Positions 40,837 to 53,513 are shown, counted from the stretch's first letter. The stretch: 64,000 nucleotides of DNA from Chrysomallon squamiferum (GCA_012295275.1 CM022665.1:29078001-29142000), one strand, 5' to 3'. The notes: generated by a model from the letters alone, not told the origin. Made by a program: numbers and translations.

Positions 40837-43767
40837 CTTAACAGAATCTGGAAAAGAACATTATTTTAAATTATTAAACAACATCTAAGGTCTCAAGTGT
40901 TTTAGGTTATTTCTTTTATTTGACTGCTCTACTTTATTTTTCTCAGTCTATGAAAATGTGATGCTTTTGGCCACAACCAGTCATAATCTTGCAGTTTAGC
41001 ACCGAGGCCTTTTCAGAATATGTTTTACTGAATTTTTGCTACGATGTTCATTTTGTGTCTAGTTGAAAATAAAAAATATCATCTAGAATCATCTTACTTT
41101 TTATATCTGTAAAGCCCCATTGCAACAAACAACAGAAACAAAGTATTCAGTAAAATTTGTGCTGACAAGGCCTAGAACTAAACTGAAAGAATACCAAACT
41201 AATGTTGTAAAATGAAAAAGAGGATATACTTTACAAAAAAAAAAAAAAATAATAAAAAAAAATATTGTAAAATGTTTAATCGTAGTGCAATTTACAACAC
41301 TAAGGCCTGAAAGTAATATTGTTTATTGTTATACATTTCTAAACAATTTCACTGATTCTAACACATTAATAAATTTTACAGATTATCACAATATCATTAT
41401 GATTATGAAGAACCAAAACTTTGGAAACAATATTATTAAAAAGTTTGAAGAGATTTAAAAATACCTAGCTATAGTTCATTAATAATTAATTGTCGCTAAT
41501 TAATATTATTTGTTATGTTATCAGCTGTGCATATTTTTACTAAACAAAAATAAATAAAAATAATTAATTACTTTCGACTCAAGTTAGATATAATTTATAA
41601 ATTAAAATATACTGTAACAGTGTAAGTTTAACTATTAATTATTATTAATTCTACTCAGATTACATCGACAACCGATCCAACATGACAAAAGTGTTATAGT
41701 CTTAGCATGTCAGACTAATAACATTCCCAATATTATTTTTTTAACTATATTAAGCAACCTACGTCAAACAGAATGTATGCAAATAACAACCTACTTTTAC
41801 TAAAGCTTTAGCAGTTATTAGAATAAAAGATAACGAAAGAAGAAAACGTAGAATCCCAGTCTATTGACTGAGGTCTCATAACACTGTTTGTAATGAAACT
41901 TTTTGTATATGAGCCACAGATTCCCATTCATTCATCATGCTACACTTTGGGAGGACCCTAGTTCGAAAATTTATTTCCTTTTTTGTTTTTCATTTTTTAA
42001 ATAAAAACATATTTATAATCAGTGTATTGAAATAAGGACCAATTATATAATTAAGATTTTTTTTTTAAGTTTAAGTAATTAAAATAAAATAAAATAAAAT
42101 AAAAAATAATGTTTTTAAAAATCTCATTTATGGTTTTCTTGAAAATTAATGTGACACTTAATGCTTGGAGCACTTGATATCCAATCTAGCCCATTTCATT
42201 TTTAAGCCCAAGACCTCACCCAGTTTCATGTTTTCATGCTGCAAAAAATCAAAACAAAAAAGAATATCTTAAATTTACCAAGTTATTTTACTATCAAAAC
42301 TGCCAAGTGGAATTCTGGACAGCCCTACTTGACTCTAAAACAGGCAGTAAGGCAACATTCAATTAACTTGGCCTACTTTTTAAGGAAAGTGAGGGAAACT
42401 ATGCATGGTTTCTTGTGAGGACATTGTTGTTGAGCAAGTCTACTAACTAGTGTGATGATAAAAAAAAACCAACAAAAAAAACCCCTTAAGTTGCTTAACT
42501 GTTGATTTTGTACATTTTTTGTTTAATAAATAAAATAATACTGTCATGACTTAATTACAGCTTCTGAAACAAAGCTGCATGAGGGTTAAACCCACAAAAA
42601 ACCCAACCTACATGAGAACGTGCAAGAAAATTCTGACTGCTTTCATTTGTGCTCAGTTATGCAACTCATCTTTATACTCCCCTTTAGATCACTACCATCC
42701 TGGAAGTATATTCTCTCACCTGTAATCTGTGTTGTTCAAGCAGATCAATGAATAAGTTTATATGTCTATTTAATATGTGAGCTGCACCTGACTTTTGCTA
42801 TGTAAGATATTGTACTATATCTATTTTCATTTGTACTGTTTGATCTAATTTTTATTATTTTATTTTCTGTACATTAGGTGAACACTGTGAGTTGTGGATG
42901 ACATCACTGTCTCTGTTAGTGCCTTTTAAAAAAATGAAAATTTATTAAACAATATTTATGTACCAAATAACAATGTTTTTTTTCAATTTCATTTTCCTAT
43001 AAATTGATGGATCAATGTTACATATTTACATGTTAATTAATACCCTATTTATAGATGTAACCAAGAATTTTTGCTGTATATTCAGATTTGTTTTCAGATA
43101 TGTTGGCTTAAAGTTAAAAACAAAGATATTTGGTTTCAGATTTAGAAAAATATGTAAACAAAGTATGATAAAAGAATGTGAGATAACTATAAAAATTAAA
43201 TACTCTCGAACCTGATTTTACTTGTTAAAGCTTTGGTTCAGTTAAGTTAATACTGCTTAAAGTTATCCAGTTTATATTCCTTGTACATCAGCAAATGTTA
43301 TAGAGAAAAATGTGTTGGTAATGAACATCAACACATACTTAGATCAGACAAAAATATTTCAGACTGCTAGGCTGGAAGATTGCTGTTTATGACTAATAAT
43401 TATGAACTAATTCATCAGCTTTTCTCTCACTTGTTCGGTTTAATACCAAAAATAATGTTTTTATTTTTGAATTTTTTAAATAAGCAACGAAGTCATTCTG
43501 ATCAAAATTTTCACATTAGTTTATTAAAATGATGTTAACTGACAATATAAGATGTATAAAATTAATGTAAGGCCAAAATTTTATAATACTGTGTGAAACA
43601 GAGCAAAGTGTTTTAAATTTATTAGTGGAAAGGTTATATATTTTCTTTAGCTACATTTTCTTTCACAGTGAGAAGTTCAACAGTTTCAATGAGATGAGTT
43701 ACTGTGGTTTTAATTTGTAGATGGAGAATTTTCTAGCACATGTTCTCATCTGATTCCTGCATATTTT

Positions 43768-45125
43768 TTAGGCAGATTGACATCTGATGGATTCAGTTTT
43801 GTCTGTCAGTTTAAATGTACTGTTTGGATCTGGAATTTCTCCTTTTCTAATATGAATACGCTTATGGCGAGTCAAGTGTGAAGTATTGTTGAATCTTGAA
43901 CCACAGATTTCACACTGGCATGGCTTTTCTCCTGTATGAATTCTTGTGTGCTTTTGCAATGCTGAATACCCACTCAACTCTTTATTGCAAATGGAACAAG
44001 CATAGGTTCTAAACTTTGGAAGACACACACCTTTATGCTTGTGATAAAATACACAGTCATTGAACTGCATGCCACATCTGTGACAAAGATAAAATGTTCC
44101 TCCATTATGTCTTTTAAGATGTGAGTCAAGTCTCTTCCTACTTGTCAGTTTCTTCTTACAATGGGGCCAAGGACAAGGTACCATAGCTTGCTGTTTCTTT
44201 TTGTGGGATTTCTTGTGTTCATGTAACTTCTCCATGCAGTCAAATGACTGGGAGCAGTGTTTGCATTTAAAAGTACAATAACTACCTGTTTCATGTGATT
44301 TGACACATGTAGGTAAACTGTATGAGTTTGGCACAGTGTTAATCAGGTTTTTGGGATTTGTAACACAAGATAAACTGCTTTCATCAGGTGTTAACATAAC
44401 ACATTTAGATTTGTCACCAATGACAATGTTAACAACAAAACCAGATCCACCTGAAAGAGAGATTACTGAAGGATCAGTTATATTAATGTTTTTGTCTTTC
44501 TTCTGAACAACAGTCATTGGACATTCTGAGGCAAGTTCTGAAGCATTAGATATTTGGGAAACTGTACTCTTTGAAGATACACTATTTCCTCCAAAAGGAT
44601 GTGCTGTGAAGACAGAGTCTTTTCTGTATTTGAACATTTTGTTAAATTTGTTTCTGTCATTTTTTCCTTGTCCATCATTTTCAGCAACTGTTTCATGTGA
44701 GTGCAAGCAGGAAATGCTTTTTCATGGTGTAATCTATTTTCCATGTCATTGCTTTGATTAGATACCTTTGTAAACTCAAATGCTTTGTCAGTGTATGTCG
44801 CTTCTATAGCATGTGCCTTTCTATGTAAAATTAACCCAGATCTTGTAATAAATGTTTTATTACAGTGAATGCACATGTAAGGTTTTGACTGTGAATGTTT
44901 TCTTTTATGAACATAAAGAGTATGTTTTTGACTAAACCTCAGTTTGCACTCCTTGCACCGGAAAAAATTCTGCACTTTGTAATTGTTGCACATTATGGAA
45001 CTCCCAAGACTGAGAGTTGTGCTTTTCTCAACCTGATGTTCACACTCTTTACATTTGTATACTTTGTACACTTTGACAAATTTAAGAACTGGTTTTCTAC
45101 TGATTTTGATCTCACTAGTAGTCAT
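43768..45125 (-). CDS. ZNF-G: C2H2 zinc-finger protein, ~452 aa, ~7 fingers (1-nt frameshift at ~44718-44722)
   Basis: ORF 45125-44514 (partial N-module and finger pair) and ORF 44706-43768 (C-terminal cassette) join if one A is added to an A5 run (HEKSISCLHSHETV...). Acceptor just before the ATG. Confidence 0.87.
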
Positions 45126-46019
45126 GGCTGTAAAACTGAAAAATGAAATAACTGAAACAATGAAAAAAGACTAAATGCAGAAACTATTGTTTGAAAGTAA
45201 TGCAAATACAATTATGATTATGTATTTATTAATTTCCATATAATGTTCTCCAGGAGATTTATGTGTAACTATTTACTTATAACGTCCAGATTAAAATAAT
45301 ATATTTCTTCCTAAGATAATGAAGTCCTACCCTGTGGGTCCACAGCAAAAAACAACAACAACAACATATGCACACATTGTTTTATCATTAACTAAATAAC
45401 ACAATAGCTCTATTAAAAAAAAAAAAAAAAAAGTAATAAATTAGCATTCGTATTTAGCTTAACATGGCTTTAAAAATATATATATATATAAAAAAAAAAA
45501 ATAATAAATCAACCCCAATAATAATAATAATAATAAATTAATAATGAAAAGAAGGATATCACCTTTAGTTTAATTATTCAAAATCGCTTAAGAAATAAGA
45601 CAGCAGCTCTATTAAAAAATAATAATAATAATAATCGCGTTTACCTCTCCATCTGGTTGTTTTCATTTTTAAAACATTAGAAACATTAATAACAATGAAA
45701 ACAAATTAATAATAAAAAGAAACTAAAATTTAATTATATCTTTATAATTTTTATTTAGTATGAAAAGATTCATATAATTCGGATGGTTTCTTTGTTCTTG
45801 TTATTACAAGCTATCCCACACAGCGAACACCGAAATTAGACTATTACTTGTAACAGCGCGGAAAATGTTAACTTCTGATTGTAACTGATAACAAATTTCG
45901 AGGGATCTTCGACTTTTGTTTTTCTTTCTTTTTTTTAAATTATATATATTGTTTGCTTTTCTTTAAGAAATAAAATATCTGTATGAAATACAAAATACTA
46001 TAACTCTGACATAAATGCG

Positions 46020-46160
46020 ACTTATAAATACCTCGTTTCCCTTTTTAGCAATGACGTTGAATGTAAAGTAAACCGCGCATTCGGTGCTATTTCATTTGGC
46101 CGCCATAACCGTTCAGTTGCGACTTCCTCAGATGGCAACAAAAATGAACGAGCCCATTCA
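46020..46160 (-). promoter_or_regulatory. Probable promoter of ZNF-G
   Basis: CpG-enriched patch ~1 kb upstream of the ATG, with YY1-like GCCGCCAT (~46099) and AGATGGC (~46130). Inference only. Confidence 0.35.
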
Positions 46161-46807
46161 CTATTGAGGTGATATTCAAATTTCAAAAATTATGCTTACC
46201 TAATATTATAAAACATTTAACTTTATTGTCATTAATAACAGACATATAAAAATTAAAATAAACTGGAATTACGAAATAAATAAATATATAGTAATTAATA
46301 ATAATTCTGAATTGAAATGACATAAATAAATAAATAAATAAAAAAAAAACAAAAAAAAAAAACAAACCCAAACTGTGAAACTGTATTATTGTAAAAAAGC
46401 TTCCGTTCAAGTCTAGTTGTCCTTCGTGAAATAAATCAACAGCATGGATCACATGAGTATTGTAAATAATCCAGGTCACCATGGGCTACGATAAATAAAG
46501 GGTATAAGTCAATAGAAAGAAATAATGTAATAGAAGGGGAGTGGCAAAGTAAATATTTCGTCATGGTACATTTTTACGAGGAAATAAATAATATGAGACC
46601 GTCATATCCTATAGCTTCTGCATTGTTTAAATTGATATTAAATACTGTATAATGCTTCTGAAATGAATATTATCTCGCTTTAGTCATGAAATCATCATTC
46701 GATATATTTTGATGATGAGTAACATTTATATTGTTTTATATATATAAGGAATAATCCAAATCCAAATTCATTTATGCATTGCTTTAGTATTTTAACTGTA
46801 TAGGTTT

Positions 46808-46808
<1 letters not shown>

Positions 46809-46858
<50 letters not shown>

Positions 46859-46967
46859 TAAATAAATAAATAAATAAAAAACCCCAGAAAAAGACGCTTT
46901 CTTTCATACTATCCAGACAATTATTATTTTTCACATATAATCATTCCGTTTAATTTGAAAATTTGCA

Positions 46968-47022
<55 letters not shown>
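46809..47022. repeat. (AAT)n and (CT)n microsatellites
   Basis: Directly visible at ~46809-46852 and ~46969-47022. Confidence 0.85.
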
Positions 47023-47029
<7 letters not shown>

Positions 47030-48604
47030 TTGCTAAAAACAAAACTCTTTCATAATAAAAATTCTTACTATGAGACTGTTTCACTAGTGATATATTATTA
47101 ACACAAGAAATAACCACGAGACTCAACAGATTTGTTCTAAAGTGAGGACGAGTCACGTAGTCGTGTTCCGGCATTTAGTCTACTGTTAGTGGTTTCTGTT
47201 AATATCTGTAACTCGCCAGTACTGGATTTTCTAATGACGTTTTGTTAATAAGTCAGAACGAAGTGGTCGTTCTTCTCTCATTGTGTGTTGCCCATTCATG
47301 TCATGAACTGTCCTGTCATGGGTTCCTCTAATCAGTAGAAATTAAATAGTTCAACGTGCAAACGTCCTGAACGACACGTTATTCCACTGGCTCATATGCA
47401 AAACCAAAACTGTTTTCTGTTAAAAATGTAGAATATATTAATCTGAGTGATGTCTGACTTGAAACAGTTTTGACCTAATTCGTTTGTTTCCGTAAAACAC
47501 TCAGCGTAACGGTTCAAACAGCCGAATACGGTAAATTAATACATTTCAAAAATTAGTTTTGGCTTATTGGCTTAGGAATAATCACCATCAGCTTAATAAA
47601 TCTGAAATTAAAATAAGTGATTTCTTTATTATTATCATAGAAATGTTTTAACATAAAGGGATACTAGCAACAATGAGATTTAATGTTTATAATACTACGT
47701 CCACAATACGTTCGATGAGATAGAATGTTACAATAGCATTGTCTGATGTCTGTATATAATAATGAGAATAAAACAAAAATTAAGAAACAAAGAAAACAAA
47801 ACATTCCTACAAGAATTAACAATTAAGAAACAACGAAAACAAAATATAAACACACAAGAATTAACGAACTTATACAAACAGCGTCATTTGTCAAAATAAG
47901 CTTAAATGATGTAAAATTTGTACTGAAGTACGCTTCTTCGGAATTAGGTGTTTCATTATGCTTAGCGATTTTGATCCCTTTTGCATCACGTGATATGTGC
48001 TGACTAGGGAACTCGTTATGCGAAGAAAACAAAATAAAACTAAAACATTGCTACACATACTCTTCTTAATATTTATACTTTTAAAATTTTTAAAATTATT
48101 TATAGCCTATATTTATTTATTTATTTCACTATAAAGTAACCTAATATATTTCTTGATATTAACAAATAATATGCATTAAATAGCTTTGAATTATGTATAA
48201 AATCCCTGACGCTTGACTGTTACAAATCATTATTTATTATCTGTTCTCAGGCTATGCATAATAATTAAATGAAATATAACATGACTTTATTCATCTTTTT
48301 TCCCCTCCAAACTAGAATTAATACTGTTTGAATGAATTCAATGGCAGATTTTATTTTAATTTTTAATTCTTTTAAATTTTATTATTTTTAATTTTTAATT
48401 TTACTTTTTGTAATTTTTTTTTTTTTTTTTATTGTGACATAGTTCTCAGGTTTCAGATTGTCTTTGTCAAAAGGTAGTATGAAGATGACAGGTGTTTTTC
48501 GCTGAAACTAATCGTCTCTGCTTTGGTAAATATATACATTTTTTCTGATAAAATAAAACAGTCCGGTTGCCAAACCCCAGATTTTTGGAGAACCTTGCAA
48601 TACA

Positions 48605-49034
48605 GTCCGTACAAAGTTTTTTTTGCTGTTTCTATACCTCCGAGATGTGCTCTTTAAGAATCTGAATGATGCCGCTCTGTCATCCTTGGGCAATCCGCAC
48701 AATATGCAAATTAAGGCCGCCATTACTGAAAATCTTGTTTTCGTCAATATCTCAGTAACTATGCATGGTATCAAAATAATTTTGGTGTCTATCCCCGTGT
48801 TTTGAGGGGTAAAGAATCAGATTAAGCCATTTCAGTCAAGATCACACCAATATTTTGTGCTGAATAGGCATAATAAGGCCGCCATTACTGAAAATCTCGT
48901 TTTCGTCAATATTTCAGTAACTATGCATGGTATCAAAATAATTTTGGTGTCTATACACATGTTTTTAGGGGTAAAGAATCAGATTAAACCATTACAGTAT
49001 TGATCACACCAATATTTTCTGCAAAATATGCAAA
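48605..49034 (+). repeat. Left long inverted repeat of the Academ element (contains ~162 bp direct subrepeats)
   Basis: Reverse complement of 51057-51485 with roughly ten differences by eye; GGCCGCCATTACTGAAAATC recurs at ~48715 and ~48877 and, degenerate, at ~49039. Confidence 0.95.
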
Positions 49035-49162
49035 TAAGGACCGCCATTATTGATAATATCAGTAATAGCGGCCTGGTAAAAGCAGGCACTTCTCTGTTAT
49101 TGAAGCGCCTGGTTCTGCCAGAGTGGCTCACATATATCTTCTCTTCCAGGTAGAGCTGAAAG

Positions 49163-50974
49163 ATGGAGGGGTGCTGCATCTTTTGTAAAGAAGATGGAAG
49201 CAAGAAGGAACTTAGCGTCGCAGGGACAGACAGGATACAGACTATCACTGAATCAAGTAAACGGAGATTTGATGATCTCCATGAAGATCTTGAAACTAGA
49301 CTGTGGGCAGACAAAGATTTAGAGGTGCTTTGTCATAGAGATTGTGTATCCACATATACATCCAAATCTCACATCAAGAGACACTTGAATAAACTGAGCG
49401 CATCAAAAGGTTCTGAAGAGTCATCTGCAGGAAAACGTCTGCGTCGGTCCGGGTCGACAACCTTCAACTTCAGGCAACATTGCCTTTTCTGCGGTGAGGA
49501 ATGCCTTCACATTGATCCTAAGCATCCGTATCGTTGGCGCAGGGTTGTTCTTTGTAGGACAACGGACCGTGGTGAGGGGAGAAAGACTTTTAAGGAAACC
49601 CTTCTAGATGTCTGTAGATCTCGTCACGACGCCTGGGGACGCGAGGTAGAGACATGTTTGGCTGGGGCAGTGAGTGATCTGCATGCAGCAAATGGTAGAT
49701 ACCACACAGACTGTTACAAGAAGTTTTGTTCACCTCGGTCAGCGAAGTCAGCTTCAGCAGCATCTAGCAGTAGCCAAGAGGAGGTGGATGTGGCTTTTGA
49801 AACGACAGTCAGTGCAGTGAGAGCAGAATCATCGCGAGTGTGGAATTCCATCGAATAATACGACCTATACCAATCCAATGGTGGAAGAGACATTAGCCGC
49901 CGAACCTTAGTCTCCAAGTTGTTAGAATACTTTGGTTCGGATCTTCTTGTGCTGAGTGGCACAGGTGTTGATGACAAGAACTATCATGCCAGAGTTGATA
50001 TGGATTGCCCTTGACTGTGTCAGTTCCACTTTGTTATCCTTGCTATCAAAGCTTTCTACAAAGTTGGACCACACCTTACCAGCCGCTCTCATCGGAAACA
50101 TTGTTACTAATAATCATACAGCAGATGGTTAAGGCAGCTGAAAGTGGCGTGAAAAGAATCAACATTGTATGTGAGGAAACAGACGTTTTTGTCCTCCTGC
50201 TGCACTTCTACGCAAAGTTGAACCTGACCTGTCGTCTTACAATGGAAGGACCAAGTGCTGAATGAACTACTGTAGACATTGGGGCAACTGCAAGTGAACA
50301 TGGACACTTGCTTTCACAACTGCCAGCCGCCCATGCCCTCTCAGGCTGTGATACTGTGGCTCAGTGCTTCGGAGTAGGAAAAACCACCGTCATCAAAGTC
50401 CTTAAGGGTGGTGTAGAACTGCTCAAATTGGGCGTATTATCTGAGGACATAGGTGACATCATTGAAGAAGCGACAACATTCATGGCTGCCTGCTACGGGG
50501 TCAAAAGCTTGGTGACATCGAACATGTCTGAGGTCCGTGGAGAAGTCTGGTCGCGAAAGATGGGTAGAAAAAATTTGACAAAGGATCCAGAGCTTAAGTC
50601 ACTTCCACCTTCTAAAGAGGCATTCGAAGAGAACGTAAAGCGGGCGCACATTCAGACTGCCATTTGGAAATCAGCTCTCAACTCAGAACCTCCAGCATTA
50701 GATCCTGTCGAGTTCGGATGGGAACTTGACGAACGCAATAGATGCTTGATCCCAGTAACATTGCAGCCAAACATTAGTGTTGCTCCACCGGAGGTGCTGG
50801 AAATGATAAGGTGTGGTTGTGCTACGGATATACCCTGTTCGACAGCAATGTGTGGATGCTATACAGCTCACAATGTTTTGTGGATGTCACGGAGAAGCAC
50901 ACTGCCGGAATGAGCACACCCGACGGGTTGATGACTGTGACAGTGTTGTTGAAAGTGACTTCTTTGAGGACTGA
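49163..50974 (+). pseudogene. Disrupted Academ protein (N-terminal region joined to XPG-like and Cys-rich C-terminal region)
   Basis: Frame continues past TAA 49856-49858 (WNSIE*YDLYQSNGG) and past TGA 50263-50265 (PSAE*TTVDIG). Abrupt junction near 50108 (LIGNIVT / IIIQQMV) suggests loss of the central domain. Frameshift near 50870 inside the Cys-rich finger (TMFCGCHGEAHCRN...FED*). Confidence 0.8.
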
Positions 50975-51056
50975 GTCAAATCAGATAATGGCAACATGCA
51001 TCAGCACAAGTAAAGGGGATGTTCTGTAACAACTCGGATATACACTGAAGTTGATT

Positions 51057-51485
51057 TTTGCATATTTTGCAGAAAATATTGGTGTGATCAATACTGTAAT
51101 GGTTTAATCTGATTCTTTACCCCTAAAAACATGTGTATAGACACCAAAATTATTTTGATACGATGTGTAGTTACTGAGATATTGACGAAAACGAGATTTT
51201 CAGTAATGGCGGCCTTAATATGCCTATTCAGCACAAAATATTGGTGTGATCTTGACTGAAATGGCTTAATCTGATTCTTTACCCCTCAAAACACGGGGAT
51301 AGACACCAAAATTATTTTGATACCATGCATAGTTACTGAGATATTGACGAAAACAAGATTTTCAGTAATGGCGGCCTTAATTTGCATATTGTGCGGATTG
51401 CCCAAGGACGACAGAGTGGCATCATTCAGATTCTTAAAGAGCACATCTCAGAGGTATAGAAACAGCAAAAACACTTTGTACGGAC
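51057..51485 (-). repeat. Right long inverted repeat of the Academ element
   Basis: Mirror of 48605-49034; explains the twin spurious ORFs MIPCIVTEILTK... on opposite strands. Confidence 0.95.
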
Positions 51486-52607
51486 CGCAATGCACGCTTA
51501 TCGGTCCCTGCCACCGGACTAAAATAATTTTGAACTAGAACAAAACTACCCCTTTTGATCTAATTAAATTCAAACTAAAGATACTTAAAACTGGACTGAA
51601 TTATCTATTAAAATCTGTTTAATCTGTATATCATTCTAAGAAACAGATACATATTGACGCCCAAGAATAGTCTCTGTAACTTACTCCCACACTGTTTCAC
51701 TGTATTAAAAATAATACGTGCTGGTACAATATAAACAAAATTAGTAATTTCATATCAATTTTCAACAAAAATAGAGGACCATATAATAAACTCAAACATG
51801 GAACTGCTCACGTATCAAGATTTCTATTCTATTTCTCAGAATGTTTTCAGAATATTTAGTTCATCTCTAATTCAAAGCTATAGATGAATAATAATTACAG
51901 ATCTAAAAAACAAAGGTAGTTCTTCCGCTGTCGATCTCATTATCGACAATTAAGTCAGTAATCATTTCATTTCTGTACCCAGCACGTGCTGAGTAAACAA
52001 TGGTGTAGGAGTGCGTGCGTCTGTGGATAACCGAAGTACGACAGGGTAAACGTTATAAACATTATAAAAATTATTTGAGAGATTATGCTTGACTGAGACG
52101 TATATAGTCATAATTTTTATAGTCATCACACAGAAACAGAAATAAATAAATTATTATCTGAAGTCGGAAGGAAAAAATTATAACACATCGTTGCAGTCTT
52201 TACATACAACAAACAAATCTCCAGCTGCATAGTAAACCTGCTGGATGTATGTGCTAGATTCATTCCGATGATTGACGAAGAGTAAAGAAAGTATTGAACC
52301 AAGTGAAATGTCGTTATTTTATGATGTGTTAAGAATCTCAAGGCTTAGTTCTGTAGATGGTTTAATATTATATGTGCATACATATTCAACCACAAAAAAA
52401 GACATAAACATGTTTGTGTTAATTAGAGGAAATATTTACTACGTAGCTGCTCTGATTAATTATCGACTTCTAATAAACTGTAACCGTTAATGATGTTGAT
52501 CATTTTCTACAGAAGCAAAATAACATGAACCACAAGAAACGCAAATTGTAGAACCCGACTTAAAATTAAACTATTCCATAACAACAAAATTGAAAATAAA
52601 TAAATAG

Positions 52608-52708
<101 letters not shown>

Positions 52709-53498
52709 AAGTATGAGATCATCTATATGTTTTAAATGGAATAAAAAGAAAGAAAGAAGATGAAGACATGAACAATATCAAACTAATAATGTAATTTTAT
52801 AAAATAATCACAAATATAACATTAAGCAGGTTTTTTCATTGAGCCTGAATTAACTGAAATCTGAAACACCAATTATTTTTTTTCATTTCTTTTTTTTTTT
52901 TTTTTTTTTTTTTTTGTTGATAACATTGTCGGAACAAATATTTGCCGGAGTTAAAAGACGAATTTTCAATTAAAATTTGACTGTATATTTAGAGAAAACC
53001 TGTCGTTTGAACAAATAGCTCAAAGCTAAAGACAGAATCTCAGGAGCCTGGAGTTCCCCGTAAATCTAACAAGTCTACAGAATAAAATAAGAAAAAGAAC
53101 GTTCAGTAATCCATTATCTAAAACCTATCCTGATCAGCAGAAAAGTCAGGCTGTTAAAAAAGATCACAACCAATTAAACAAAAATGTCTGTAATGAAACC
53201 TTTGCTAGCAAGAATGTTTTGATGTGTTTGGTTCCGCATTGCAGCCATTGTAAAGTTGTAGAAACTGGATCAATTATTCTCACATCCATTTTTATTGGTT
53301 GATACATTATACAAGTAAGCAAATGTGTGTCAATAGCCACATGATTCAAACAAGAATTTATTTTGTTTTGTAATACGCATGCATGTTTAAGCAAGTATTA
53401 TTTACTTTCCTTTGCATATACATAGCCTATTCCAAGACGCAGCTTAAGATTGTAGATTCGTTATTCGTATAAATTTGTTTACAAATGGAATATTTATT

Positions 53499-53513
53499 GA
53501 GAGAGACAGAGAC

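Larger units (their letters stand above)
48559..51521 (+). mobile_element. Academ-superfamily (AcademX, XPG-type) DNA transposon, internally deleted and non-autonomous
   Basis: Termini 5'-CAGTCCGGTTGC ... GCCACCGGACTA-3' flanked by AAA/AAA (candidate 3-bp TSD). ~430 bp subterminal inverted repeats. GC-richer interior encoding remnants with ETDVFVLLL, HALSGCDT...FGVGK (XPG/FEN H3TH-like), LPPS...KRAHIQTAIW and a C-terminal Cys-rich finger, which is the architecture described for animal Academ elements. Confidence 0.85.

Noticed and set aside
48701-49050. ~162 bp direct repeats as a CRISPR-like or satellite array
   Set aside because: No spacers; these are subrepeats of the transposon arms in eukaryotic DNA.
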